Of a stretch of 64,000 bases of DNA, positions 10,582 through 19,329 are shown one piece after another (position 1 is the stretch's first letter; the number at the start of each line of letters is the position of its first letter). The stretch is taken from assembly GCA_964291315.2 (NCBI GenBank), contig OZ219753.1, forward strand, positions 1,568,001-1,632,000, read 5' to 3'. Made by a program: the position numbers and the translations under genes. Below the pieces are notes generated by a model. That model searched no databases and was not told the origin of the DNA. It worked only from the letters and a program-made list of their open reading frames with translations. The stretch is from Candidatus Poribacteria bacterium. GTDB taxonomy: Bacteria > Poribacteria > WGA-4E > WGA-3G.

Positions 10582-11097
10582 ATGACGAATGAGGAGCAGA
10601 AATTGGCATCCGCACAAAAAATTGTAGATGAATTGAAAAGACATGACATCACCCATGCCGTAGGCGTTCCCGATAACGGTAGCGCGCGGATCTATGAAAT
10701 TTTGCGGACAGACCCGGGAATTGATGTCATCACGGTAACTCGTGAAGCCGAAGCGTTTGCTATCGCATCCGGGTTGTACGTCGGAGGTAAGAGACCTGTC
10801 ATTATTATTCAGAACACAGGATTCTTGGAATCCGGAGATGCTATACGCGGCACCGTTGTTAACATGCAGGTACCCGTGGTCGTGTTCATTGGTTATCGTG
10901 GGTATCACAACCGCGATGCGAATGGAAATTGGGTCGACTCTGTCGCAACCTTTCTGGAACCGACGTTGAAAGCATGGGGGTTACCTTATGAAATGCTGGA
11001 AGCGGATCACGATATTTCGTGTATCAGTAGAGCGTTTGAAAAAGCTTCCTCCACGTCTTTTCCAGCGACAGTCCTACTAATAGGACATGCAAAGTAA
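10582..11097 (+). CDS. ThDP-dependent decarboxylase alpha subunit (ComD / phosphonopyruvate decarboxylase-like)
   Basis: GVPD, TREAEAFAIASG, IQNTGF and IGYRG motifs; 171 aa. Confidence 0.75.
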   Translation: MTNEEQKLASAQKIVDELKRHDITHAVGVPDNGSARIYEILRTDPGIDVITVTREAEAFAIASGLYVGGKRPVIIIQNTGFLESGDAIRGTVVNMQVPVVVFIGYRGYHNRDANGNWVDSVATFLEPTLKAWGLPYEMLEADHDISCISRAFEKASSTSFPATVLLIGHAK

Positions 11098-11310
11098 TTT
11101 TCTAAAGTTCTGATTTCAGCCTTATGAAGAACTAGCAATCTCGCTGAAATCTCCAGAATACTTTTTCGGCAAGGACAATCGTTGTACACGGTTTTTCCGA
11201 GGCGGCAGGGCCCGATTGTGCTTTTGTGTTGTCTTTTTTCGGAAATTTTAGTAAGATATTTTAGTAAGGTGTAGTGTCATGCAGTTTTCCGTTTTTTTTA
11301 AACATTTTAC

Positions 11311-11340
11311 TTGACAAAACGTTTAAGAAGAAGGTATTAT
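11311..11340 (+). promoter_or_regulatory. Sigma70-type promoter upstream of the sigma factor gene
   Basis: TTGACA-18 bp-TATTAT in AT-rich DNA, followed by RBS AAGGAGAGGAG. Confidence 0.55.
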
Positions 11341-11402
11341 TAATTTTCGTATCTATATTATTATCACATGAATCATGAATATTGTAAATTAAGGAGAGGA
11401 GA

Positions 11403-13007
11403 ATGATGGAAGCCGAGTATTTCGGTGAAACGGCAGCAAATATAGGGAGTGTTGAATCTTACATAGACCCAGCATTTCCCATGGACGAAACAGAGCATCC
11501 TAAGAATTGTAAAGGAAGCGATCGGACAGCATTAACAAGTTGGCTCCGAAGCGTGGCCGGTCACCGCCTATTAACGCGAGAAGAAGAAGTTGAATTGGCG
11601 AAACGGATTGAAGCGAGCAATGCAAAAGCACTCGACGAACTCCTAGATGTACTGGTAAAGGTAAACCTACTATCTCCTGAGATAAAAGTAGCCCTATTGA
11701 AACACATTGAAGCCGGCGAGAGCAAGCTACAAAAAGCATTGGATAAACTCCTAGAGAAACTGGTGGAAAATAACCGATTATCTTTTGATATGAAAGAGGA
11801 ACTCGGAAAACGGTTTGAACCTAGCGGAGATAATGTCCGAACGGTATTGATAGGAGAGCTGCAAAGTGTTGTGGTGCAGGCTGATGTATTATCTGACAAA
11901 CAAAGAAAAACCCTGGCGAAACGGATTGAAGCGAGCAATGCAAAAGCACTCGACGAACTCCTAGATGTACTGGTAAAGGTAAACCTACTATCTCCTGAGA
12001 TAAAAATAGATCTGTTGGAGCAGATTGAAGCCAGCGAGGCAGATGTACTCGAGCAGCTCCTAGATGTACTGCTGGAAAAGCGTATATTATCTCCTGAGAT
12101 GAAACAGACGTTAACGAAACGGTTTGAGTCTGGTAGAGGTAATATCCGGAAAGCACTTGTAGAAGAGCTGCAAAGCGTTTTAGAACAATCCGACAAATTA
12201 TCCGGAGCGCAAAAAAGAAAACTCGCGAAACGGATTGGAGATGCCCAAGTAGAAGGACACAGCGCTCGAGATGAACTTGTCCAAGCCAATCTACGGCTCG
12301 TTATTTCTATTGCTGTTAAATACCAAGGCCACAACGTCCCACTTGAAGACCTAATTCAGGAAGGAAACATCGGACTCATTAAGGCTGCGAGCAAATTTGA
12401 TTATCGGAAAGGCTTTAAATTCAGTACATACGCTATCTGGTGGATTAAGCAGGCTATCATGCGTACGCTAGACAATTTTTCTCGATCAATCCGATTACCT
12501 TCCTATATTGTCGCAAAAATGAACAAATTCGACGTTCTCTATGCAACGTTGTGCCAGGAGCTGCAACGTGAACCGACATGTGAAGATATAGCAGAAGCTT
12601 TGGATATTACTGTCAAGCAGGTTGAAGAGATTATGACCTTTAACGCTGATACGATTTCAATGGATGTACCGCTCAGTGATGAACGTTCCGCTTCGAGGCT
12701 AGGCGATTTAATCGAGGATCCAGCTACAAGCGGCGAGAAAGGGCCTATCACTGAATTGATTAACGAGGATTTAATCGCTCAATTTCTCGAAAGGCTGCCA
12801 GAGCGCGAACAGCAAGTTCTTAAGATGCGCTTTGGGCTCGAAGATGGTGAAAGGAAGACGCTCCGCGAAATTGGAATTGCACTGAAAGTTACCCGAGAAC
12901 GAGTGCGCCAACTGGAGATAGAGGCAATTAAACGATTACGCGTGTTGTATAATGAGCTGGAAGAGTTCCAACCGAATCAGTCTTGGATAGGTGAAACTGC
13001 CGCGTAA
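11403..13007 (+). CDS. RpoD/SigA-family sigma70 factor (group 1/2-like) with amplified region 1.2 repeats
   Basis: LLTREEEVELAKRIE (1.2), ANLRLVISIA..Y, DLIQEGNIGL, KFSTYAIWWIKQAI (region 2), TLREIG..VTRERVRQLE (4.2); no region 1.1 recognised. Confidence 0.92.
   Translation: MMEAEYFGETAANIGSVESYIDPAFPMDETEHPKNCKGSDRTALTSWLRSVAGHRLLTREEEVELAKRIEASNAKALDELLDVLVKVNLLSPEIKVALLKHIEAGESKLQKALDKLLEKLVENNRLSFDMKEELGKRFEPSGDNVRTVLIGELQSVVVQADVLSDKQRKTLAKRIEASNAKALDELLDVLVKVNLLSPEIKIDLLEQIEASEADVLEQLLDVLLEKRILSPEMKQTLTKRFESGRGNIRKALVEELQSVLEQSDKLSGAQKRKLAKRIGDAQVEGHSARDELVQANLRLVISIAVKYQGHNVPLEDLIQEGNIGLIKAASKFDYRKGFKFSTYAIWWIKQAIMRTLDNFSRSIRLPSYIVAKMNKFDVLYATLCQELQREPTCEDIAEALDITVKQVEEIMTFNADTISMDVPLSDERSASRLGDLIEDPATSGEKGPITELINEDLIAQFLERLPEREQQVLKMRFGLEDGERKTLREIGIALKVTRERVRQLEIEAIKRLRVLYNELEEFQPNQSWIGETAA
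11596..12005 (+). repeat. Perfect 92-bp direct repeat (11596-11687 = 11914-12005) inside a degenerate 318-bp tandem duplication
   Basis: tggcgaaacggattgaagcgagcaatgca...ctcctgagataaaa occurs twice, 318 nt (106 codons) apart. Confidence 0.95.
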
Positions 13008-13029
13008 ACACCAATCACGGAAGGCAATT

Positions 13030-13644
13030 ATGAAAAATTTCTTGAAAAAGCTCACAGGGCCTGAAACACCTTTACTTGAAGTTACAGAGGCCGCACACAG
13101 AAAAATTCAAACAGTCATACAAGCCGAAGAAGTTGACGTCGAAGGGGTACGGATCGCTATTCAAGGTAAAACTGCCGCGGCTTTCCAATACAGCCTCGGC
13201 TTAGCTACTGAAGTTCAAGACAATGATATTATCGTTGATTGTGAAGATTTTAAAGTACTCGTTGATGCAGAAAGTGCCCCTGACCTCAAAGGGGCTGTTA
13301 TTGACTATATCGAGGACCTGAATTCCAGCGGGTTTAATATCGAAAATCCGAATACGCCGACATGGGACAATCCCAAGGCACAGGAAATTCAGAAACTCAT
13401 TGATGAGCGCATTAACCCTGCTGTCGCTGCGCATGGCGGACAGATAGAACTCATGAACGTCGAGGAGGATTCTATCTACATTCACATGGGCGGCGGATGC
13501 CAAGGTTGTGGGATGGCGAACGCCACTCTCAAACACGGTATTGAAGCGATGATTCAGGAAGTTTTTCCAGAAATTAAGCATGTCGTTGATGTAACAGACC
13601 ATGCTGCTGGGAATAATCCGTATTATTCTGCAAGCAGAGGTTAA
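13030..13644 (+). CDS. nfuA: Fe-S biogenesis protein NfuA
   Basis: Degenerate A-type domain plus Nfu domain with INPAVAAHGG and GGGCQGC; ATG at 13030. Confidence 0.88.
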   Translation: MKNFLKKLTGPETPLLEVTEAAHRKIQTVIQAEEVDVEGVRIAIQGKTAAAFQYSLGLATEVQDNDIIVDCEDFKVLVDAESAPDLKGAVIDYIEDLNSSGFNIENPNTPTWDNPKAQEIQKLIDERINPAVAAHGGQIELMNVEEDSIYIHMGGGCQGCGMANATLKHGIEAMIQEVFPEIKHVVDVTDHAAGNNPYYSASRG

Positions 13645-13650
13645 AACGGG

Positions 13651-13685
13651 CGGGCAGATGTAGAAATCTGCCCGTTTCTGCTTTT
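13651..13685. terminator. Probable intrinsic terminator between convergent nfuA and the GHMP gene
   Basis: cgggcagat-gtagaa-atctgcccg followed by tttctgctttt. Confidence 0.7.
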
Positions 13686-14652
13686 AAACTGACACCACCT
13701 CTGCCCCTGAATTGTTCGCCCGTGTAATAAAACAGGTCCCCCCATTCGGAAGTGTTTTCAAGAATCTCTCTGTTTTCCGATTAAGTTCTTCGATGTCCTC
13801 GCCTAACACACAAATCGCCGGGCCCCAACTGCTGACCGCTGCTCCAAAAGCACCGCTATTGCCTAAGAAATCAAGCGTTAGTTGTAACTCATCACCTTGT
13901 GCATCAATTTCTACCCGTTTCCACCCAAATTTTTGGATACAATTTAAAGCGTTGCCGAAGGTGAGCATGTCCCCCTCAATGAGAGCAGGGAGTATCTGGA
14001 GTAAGAGTATATGAGAGAGTTTCTGAGCAACCCATTCGGGTTGTGGACACAGCGTCTGGAACAGCTCTATTTCTGCTTCTCCGTAAATCCTGGAACAGTT
14101 CGGCATCACAATCAGCATCTGCCATTCTGGAAACGGGTAGCGCAGTAGAACCGGGGGTGGTGCAATGTCACCTAGGGCAGAAGAAGGAAGAAACGAACCT
14201 TTCTCATCTGGAAAGCGATGTCCACCGTCTACGATGAAACCTCCAGTGTCAAACGCTGCAACACCGATACCTGAAGTCCCGCCTCGTCCTGCTATTCTTG
14301 CAAGCTCTTGCACATCCAAACCGAGTTCATACAATACATTGACTGCCTTAGCGATCCCGAGAGCGAGTTGCGTTCCAGACCCAAATCCACAATGCATCGG
14401 GATTTCATCTTCAAACGTTAATTTGATACCGGGAAAAGGATAAATGTTTCGGATCTTCTCAAGAACCGAAGAGGCCCGGTCGCGGTACACAGAGGATGCT
14501 ATATGAATGCCGGTGGCTCGCTCTGCAACAATTTGAAAATTAGGAGCAGTAATTGCCAAACCAAAGCCCCCATCGATTCGTCCAAGCGCACCGTTCAGAT
14601 CAAGCAGAGAAAAATGTAGCCGAGATGGAGTGATAATTCTGACAGCGGGCAT
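13684..14652 (-). CDS. Beta-ribofuranosylaminobenzene 5'-phosphate synthase family (MptG-like, GHMP fold)
   Basis: TPSRLHFSLLDLNG..GRIDGGFG, PMHCGFGSGTQL, GRGGTSGIG, GGFIVDGGH and SSWGP motifs; ATG at 14652. Confidence 0.85.
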   Translation of the reverse strand: MPAVRIITPSRLHFSLLDLNGALGRIDGGFGLAITAPNFQIVAERATGIHIASSVYRDRASSVLEKIRNIYPFPGIKLTFEDEIPMHCGFGSGTQLALGIAKAVNVLYELGLDVQELARIAGRGGTSGIGVAAFDTGGFIVDGGHRFPDEKGSFLPSSALGDIAPPPVLLRYPFPEWQMLIVMPNCSRIYGEAEIELFQTLCPQPEWVAQKLSHILLLQILPALIEGDMLTFGNALNCIQKFGWKRVEIDAQGDELQLTLDFLGNSGAFGAAVSSWGPAICVLGEDIEELNRKTERFLKTLPNGGTCFITRANNSGAEVVSV

Positions 14653-14811
14653 AGTTGGATTAGTTTTAGATAGGCTTGTCGGCGTAACTGGCAAACATGG
14701 TTTCTATAGAATTGGATGTCCTGGGAAGGAGACCCCGCCCGTGCAGTTTTAACTCAGGCAAGGGTATTCACTTTACTATATCTTTAATTATTCCGCGCCT
14801 GCTCCATTATG

Positions 14812-15492
14812 TCAGTTTTGTCTAATGTCCCGTTCGATTAAACCGTCCCGAATATGCAGCACCCGCTTGGCATGTTCTGCGACTTCCGGCTCGTGTGTTA
14901 CCATGATGATGGTATTTCCTTCGTCATTAAGCCGTTTGAAGATCGCCATGATCTCATCTCCTGAACGGGTATCTAAGTTACCTGTCGGTTCATCAGCGAA
15001 GATCATTGACGGTTTATTGACTAGAGCACGCGCAATCGCAACCCGCTGAATCTGGCCGCCTGACAATTCTGTTGACTTATGATCAACCCGGTCCGCCAAT
15101 CCAACCGCTTCTAAGGCTTCAAATGCCCGGCGTTTCCGCTCCTTTCTGCCTAGGCCGGAGTAGATAAGTGGTAATTCAACGTTATTGAGTGCACTCGTCC
15201 GGGGCAACAGGTTAAATGATTGAAACACAAAGCCGATCTTTTTATTTCGGATATCTGCAAGACGATTGTCCGACAGTTTGCCGACCTCTTCGCCTTCGAG
15301 GAAATATTCGCCAGATGTTGGAGTTGCTAGACATCCCAGGATATCCATCATCGTAGACTTCCCCGACCCCGATGGTCCCATAATCGCAATGAACTCACCG
15401 GGTGTTACCGTAAAGGTCACGCCTCGCAACGCGTGTACACGAACGTCCCCCATTTGGTAAATTTTCGTCAGATTTTTTACATTTATTAACAC
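14812..15492 (-). CDS. ABC transporter ATP-binding protein (LolD/MacB-type)
   Basis: [24 protein letters not shown] and ADEPTGNLD. Confidence 0.93.
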   Translation of the reverse strand: MLINVKNLTKIYQMGDVRVHALRGVTFTVTPGEFIAIMGPSGSGKSTMMDILGCLATPTSGEYFLEGEEVGKLSDNRLADIRNKKIGFVFQSFNLLPRTSALNNVELPLIYSGLGRKERKRRAFEALEAVGLADRVDHKSTELSGGQIQRVAIARALVNKPSMIFADEPTGNLDTRSGDEIMAIFKRLNDEGNTIIMVTHEPEVAEHAKRVLHIRDGLIERDIRQN

Positions 15493-15631
15493 AACGTATC
15501 CTCCTTAGCAGTACTGACATGAAGCTAAAGATATATCTAAGCTTATAGTCCTTATTTTAAGCCTTTTCTTTCTGAAGCAATATCAAAAAGGAAGAGAATT
15601 AGGTTTATCTATAAGGGCGAGCAAGCAAATT

Positions 15632-17608
15632 TTACCTGTCGTCCTCATCATTTGAAGTTTTTTCATCCTTCGTTAATTCTTGCATCGAAGGCACAAAAAC
15701 CCGATCCCCTTCTTTCAAACCACCAGTGATTTGAAAATGTGTGTTATTGCGCTGACCGATTGTAATGTGAGTCTTAGTGCCCTTTCCGTCTTTGTTATTG
15801 TCATCATTAGATTCTCCAGTGTCTAGCATGACAAAGTGCTGTCGTTCACTACTCACTTCAGCTTCAATATCAGGGAGGACATTTCCATCGGTAATAAGAA
15901 TAGATATCTCTATTGGCCCCTTTCTTAAACCTTTCTGGTCACCTTCAAACAAAATTTCAAGATTACTCCTGTTCTCCTCCGGTAAAATTTTGCCAACCTG
16001 TCCACTGAACTCTTTTCCCACCAGATTCCGGATTTTGAGTTCTTGACCTTCCCTGAATTGTTCCAAATCCCCCGGATTGACCTTCGCTCTGACGGTAAAA
16101 ATCTCAGGGGTCAGCACTGCTACGATTGGAAGTTGCAGAATATCTGATTCTTCAAACACAATGATGTCTACATCAGCAGACATCCCTGGCAGTAATTCTT
16201 GCGGTGAGCCAATGACCTCTACATCTACTTCGAAAGTGATAACAGAATTCTGGTTTTGTGAACCCCGCGGTGTTGCGCTCGGTGAAATCTCGCTGACTCT
16301 CCCCGGGAAAATACGGTCGGGATAGCTATCAACACTGATTTCAGCCCGTTGATCTTTTTTTATTTTTCCAATCTCTACTTGATTGATTTGTGTTCTGACA
16401 ATCATCTGGTCGAGATCGGCGATCCGCATGATCGCTTCCCCTCGTGAAAAAGCTGAGCGTCCTGAGGTGATAATTTCGCCCTCTTCCACAATCAGACGTG
16501 TAACCGTACCAGAAATAGGGGCGGTGACTGTAGTCCATTCGTATCGCTCCTGCTGCGATTTGAGTCGACTTTCCGCCTCAAGCCGGTTTGCCTCCGCACT
16601 AACTCTCGCATGTATTGTTAACTCTTTTTCTTCTTTTATCGTTTCTTGTATTTGTTCTAAACGAGTTTGCGCGTCTTCAAGTTCAGCTTTGTACTGCTTA
16701 CGCTGGGCATCTAAAGATTCTTTGAGCGTCGTTACGTTCTTTTGATTGAGCTCAAATGTTGACACCCTACTCTCAATTGCTTCTTCCCGCGCTTTGATGT
16801 TTTCCTCCTGAGATTTTACCGTCTCATGTTGCGAGTCAACCTCTTTTAACGCTGTGTCGTAATTCGATTTAGCGATAATGAGTTGTTTTTGTGAATCTTC
16901 CAATGCCTGTTTTGAAATAAGCTGCTTTTCGAAGAGTTCCTTGTTCCGTTCATGCTCCGATTGTGTAGTCTCATAGGAGATTTTTGCAGATTCAACTGTT
17001 GATTGTGCGCGTTCAAGCGTCAGTTTCGCTTGTGATAAGGCAATTTCTGACTGCTTCAATCCGATGATGTCTTGATTAAGAGAATTCCGGGTCGTCGCAA
17101 CGAGGGTTTCAGCCTCGGTTATACGCTGCTGTGTAGTAGCAACAAATGCGGCTAAAGTCGCTTGCGCCTTAAGGACAGAATTTTCTGCTTGTGCCAGATT
17201 ACTATCCTGCTGTTTTTCAGTTATCTGGATACGGAGTTCCGCACGTTTTAGCTCAGCCTTGCGCGCCTCAAGATTCGCCTCTGCTTGTTTCTTTTCTTCT
17301 AAAATTTGCTCGTCATCAATTCGGAGCAGCGGATCTCCTAACTGAACCGAGTCGCCTTCGTCAACGAGAATTTCAACGATCTCGCCCTCAACATTTGAGC
17401 GGACATCCACCTCGCGGAAGGAGCGCAGGTTGCCAGACTCACGCACCCTCACACGGAATTCTCCACGGCGCGCGACCTCTTGTTTAACTTCTGACTCTTC
17501 CTTTCCTCGACCGGAACTGAAGTTCATACGGGTCACACCGATGGCTCCAACGATAACAACAAGGAGGACTATTGCACCGATGATAATCCACTTTTTCCTG
17601 GTTTTCAT
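15632..17608 (-). CDS. Periplasmic adaptor (MFP/HlyD family) with a long coiled coil
   Basis: N-terminal TM, split lipoyl halves (V.EGD.V..GD.L; APISGTV..L.VEEGE), LLPGMSADVDI. Confidence 0.85.
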   Translation of the reverse strand: MKTRKKWIIIGAIVLLVVIVGAIGVTRMNFSSGRGKEESEVKQEVARRGEFRVRVRESGNLRSFREVDVRSNVEGEIVEILVDEGDSVQLGDPLLRIDDEQILEEKKQAEANLEARKAELKRAELRIQITEKQQDSNLAQAENSVLKAQATLAAFVATTQQRITEAETLVATTRNSLNQDIIGLKQSEIALSQAKLTLERAQSTVESAKISYETTQSEHERNKELFEKQLISKQALEDSQKQLIIAKSNYDTALKEVDSQHETVKSQEENIKAREEAIESRVSTFELNQKNVTTLKESLDAQRKQYKAELEDAQTRLEQIQETIKEEKELTIHARVSAEANRLEAESRLKSQQERYEWTTVTAPISGTVTRLIVEEGEIITSGRSAFSRGEAIMRIADLDQMIVRTQINQVEIGKIKKDQRAEISVDSYPDRIFPGRVSEISPSATPRGSQNQNSVITFEVDVEVIGSPQELLPGMSADVDIIVFEESDILQLPIVAVLTPEIFTVRAKVNPGDLEQFREGQELKIRNLVGKEFSGQVGKILPEENRSNLEILFEGDQKGLRKGPIEISILITDGNVLPDIEAEVSSERQHFVMLDTGESNDDNNKDGKGTKTHITIGQRNNTHFQITGGLKEGDRVFVPSMQELTKDEKTSNDEDDR

Positions 17609-17611
17609 AGT

Positions 17612-18988
17612 TTATTGTAACACTCCCATTGCGTCTTGCAGACGGGTTTGTGCGATCTTGTAATTGTAAAAGGCGTTCACTTGATTCGTCAATGCTTGTG
17701 CGTAACTTGTTTGGGCATCCAGCAATTCCAGCAAAATTGCTTTGTCCACATCAAAGCGTCCTTGGATCACATCTAGACTCAGTTGGGCATTGATAACTTG
17801 TTTTTTGGAAATGTCGAGGGAGATTTCACTTCGTTTGAGGTTTAGGTATGCTTGTCTAACCGCAAGAGCCACGCTCCGCTCCAGATCGCTTGCGTTTTCA
17901 CGGGTTTGCTCTAACTGCATGTTTATTTCCTTGACTCGGTTGCTCAAGATACCTCCGTCAAAAAGGGTAAAATTTAGAGATGCCCCAATACTCCAGCTCC
18001 GGAAGTCAGAGAAATTCTCACGCTCACGGAGATAATCGTCAAGATTAACATCGTAATTTGCATCTGCATTCAAGCGAGGCCAGCGTTGTAGTTTTGCAAG
18101 GGTTAAGCTCCACTCTTGTACCTTTAACTGTGATTGGATTTCTTGAAATTCCGGTCGATTGTCAAGGGCTGTTTGTATAGCTTCTTCTACCGATATTTCG
18201 ATCCTGTCAATTGTGCCCCGATCTTGATACAACTGATACAATTCGTCAACTGCTACAGTAAGAAGCACCCCGGGATCTAAACCTAGAAGCCGTGGCAATG
18301 TTGCCTGTGCTGTTTGAAGTGCATTTTGATTGTTTACTAAGTTTAACTGATCATTTGCTTCGCGAACCTCGGCGGTGGCAATATCTGCCGGAATGAGCGA
18401 TCCCGCCTCTACGAAATCCCGCGTCCGCCGGGTATTCTCTTGAGACCTCGCTAGAATTTGTTCGCTCACGTTGACGAGTTCCTGCGTTTGCAGGACATCG
18501 TAGTAAGCCTGCGTAATATTAAGAATTAAGCCTTGTTTAGTTGCCTCGTTGCGGCTCACTGTAGCGTTCAAATTTTCTTTTGCCTGTGCAAACCCGCCTT
18601 CGCGTTGCCCGTTATCCCAAATCGTATATTGTCCTCGGAGCCCTAAATTATAATTTTCAGTTTCAAAACCGAAGTCAACCCGGTCAGAAAAATTATAACT
18701 ACCGGTCGCGAAAATTTGTGGAAAATAACCAGCGCGTGCATTTCGCACACGAAGTTCTTGGATCGCAAGATTCAGGCGGGCATTCCGCATAGTTGTCGCT
18801 TTTTCCAAACCTATTTGAATACACTGTTCAAGAGTCAAAGGTTGCGATAAATCAATTTCACCTTCCGGCCCTTGCGCACTTACACACAATCCCCCTATAA
18901 ATTGAGTCATCAAGATAACTGTTAGCAGTAGGTTTGGCACTCTCACAAGTTTTGACAGAACAGCAAACTTCGTTTTTCCGTGAATCAT
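17612..18988 (-). CDS. TolC-family outer membrane efflux protein
   Basis: LTLEQCIQIGLE, GYFPQI, ITQAYY and LLDAQ motifs; ATG at 18988 behind AAGGAG. Confidence 0.85.
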   Translation of the reverse strand: MIHGKTKFAVLSKLVRVPNLLLTVILMTQFIGGLCVSAQGPEGEIDLSQPLTLEQCIQIGLEKATTMRNARLNLAIQELRVRNARAGYFPQIFATGSYNFSDRVDFGFETENYNLGLRGQYTIWDNGQREGGFAQAKENLNATVSRNEATKQGLILNITQAYYDVLQTQELVNVSEQILARSQENTRRTRDFVEAGSLIPADIATAEVREANDQLNLVNNQNALQTAQATLPRLLGLDPGVLLTVAVDELYQLYQDRGTIDRIEISVEEAIQTALDNRPEFQEIQSQLKVQEWSLTLAKLQRWPRLNADANYDVNLDDYLRERENFSDFRSWSIGASLNFTLFDGGILSNRVKEINMQLEQTRENASDLERSVALAVRQAYLNLKRSEISLDISKKQVINAQLSLDVIQGRFDVDKAILLELLDAQTSYAQALTNQVNAFYNYKIAQTRLQDAMGVLQ

Positions 18989-19329
18989 TAACTTCTCCTT
19001 GTCCTTACCGATGCATGTAGACGAGCGTTCCAAGCACGCCTCTTATGCCAACTTAAAAGTTTTCATTCGCAGGTTCTAGAAACCTAGTCGGTACAATTTC
19101 TTAAGTATGTGTCTTGATTCTATAGCAGATGCTTAAGTTTTTAAGCGCAAATTTTGGAAACTTGCAAGCTGAGTCAAGAAACCATAATTTATAATCTTTT
19201 GACGTAATTTCCCACTAAACGTTTAGACATTGTAACACCTAACATAGTTCTTTTTTCTTGAAATCGTTCACGATTTTTGTTAAACTAATCATTTAAATAG
19301 ACTCTAATCGGAAATTGTAGGTAGAACCT

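Noticed and set aside
11561-12334. 257-aa antisense ORF with repeats, and other short overlapping ORFs in the track
   Set aside because: Shadow frames of well-supported genes, with no RBS or recognisable motifs.
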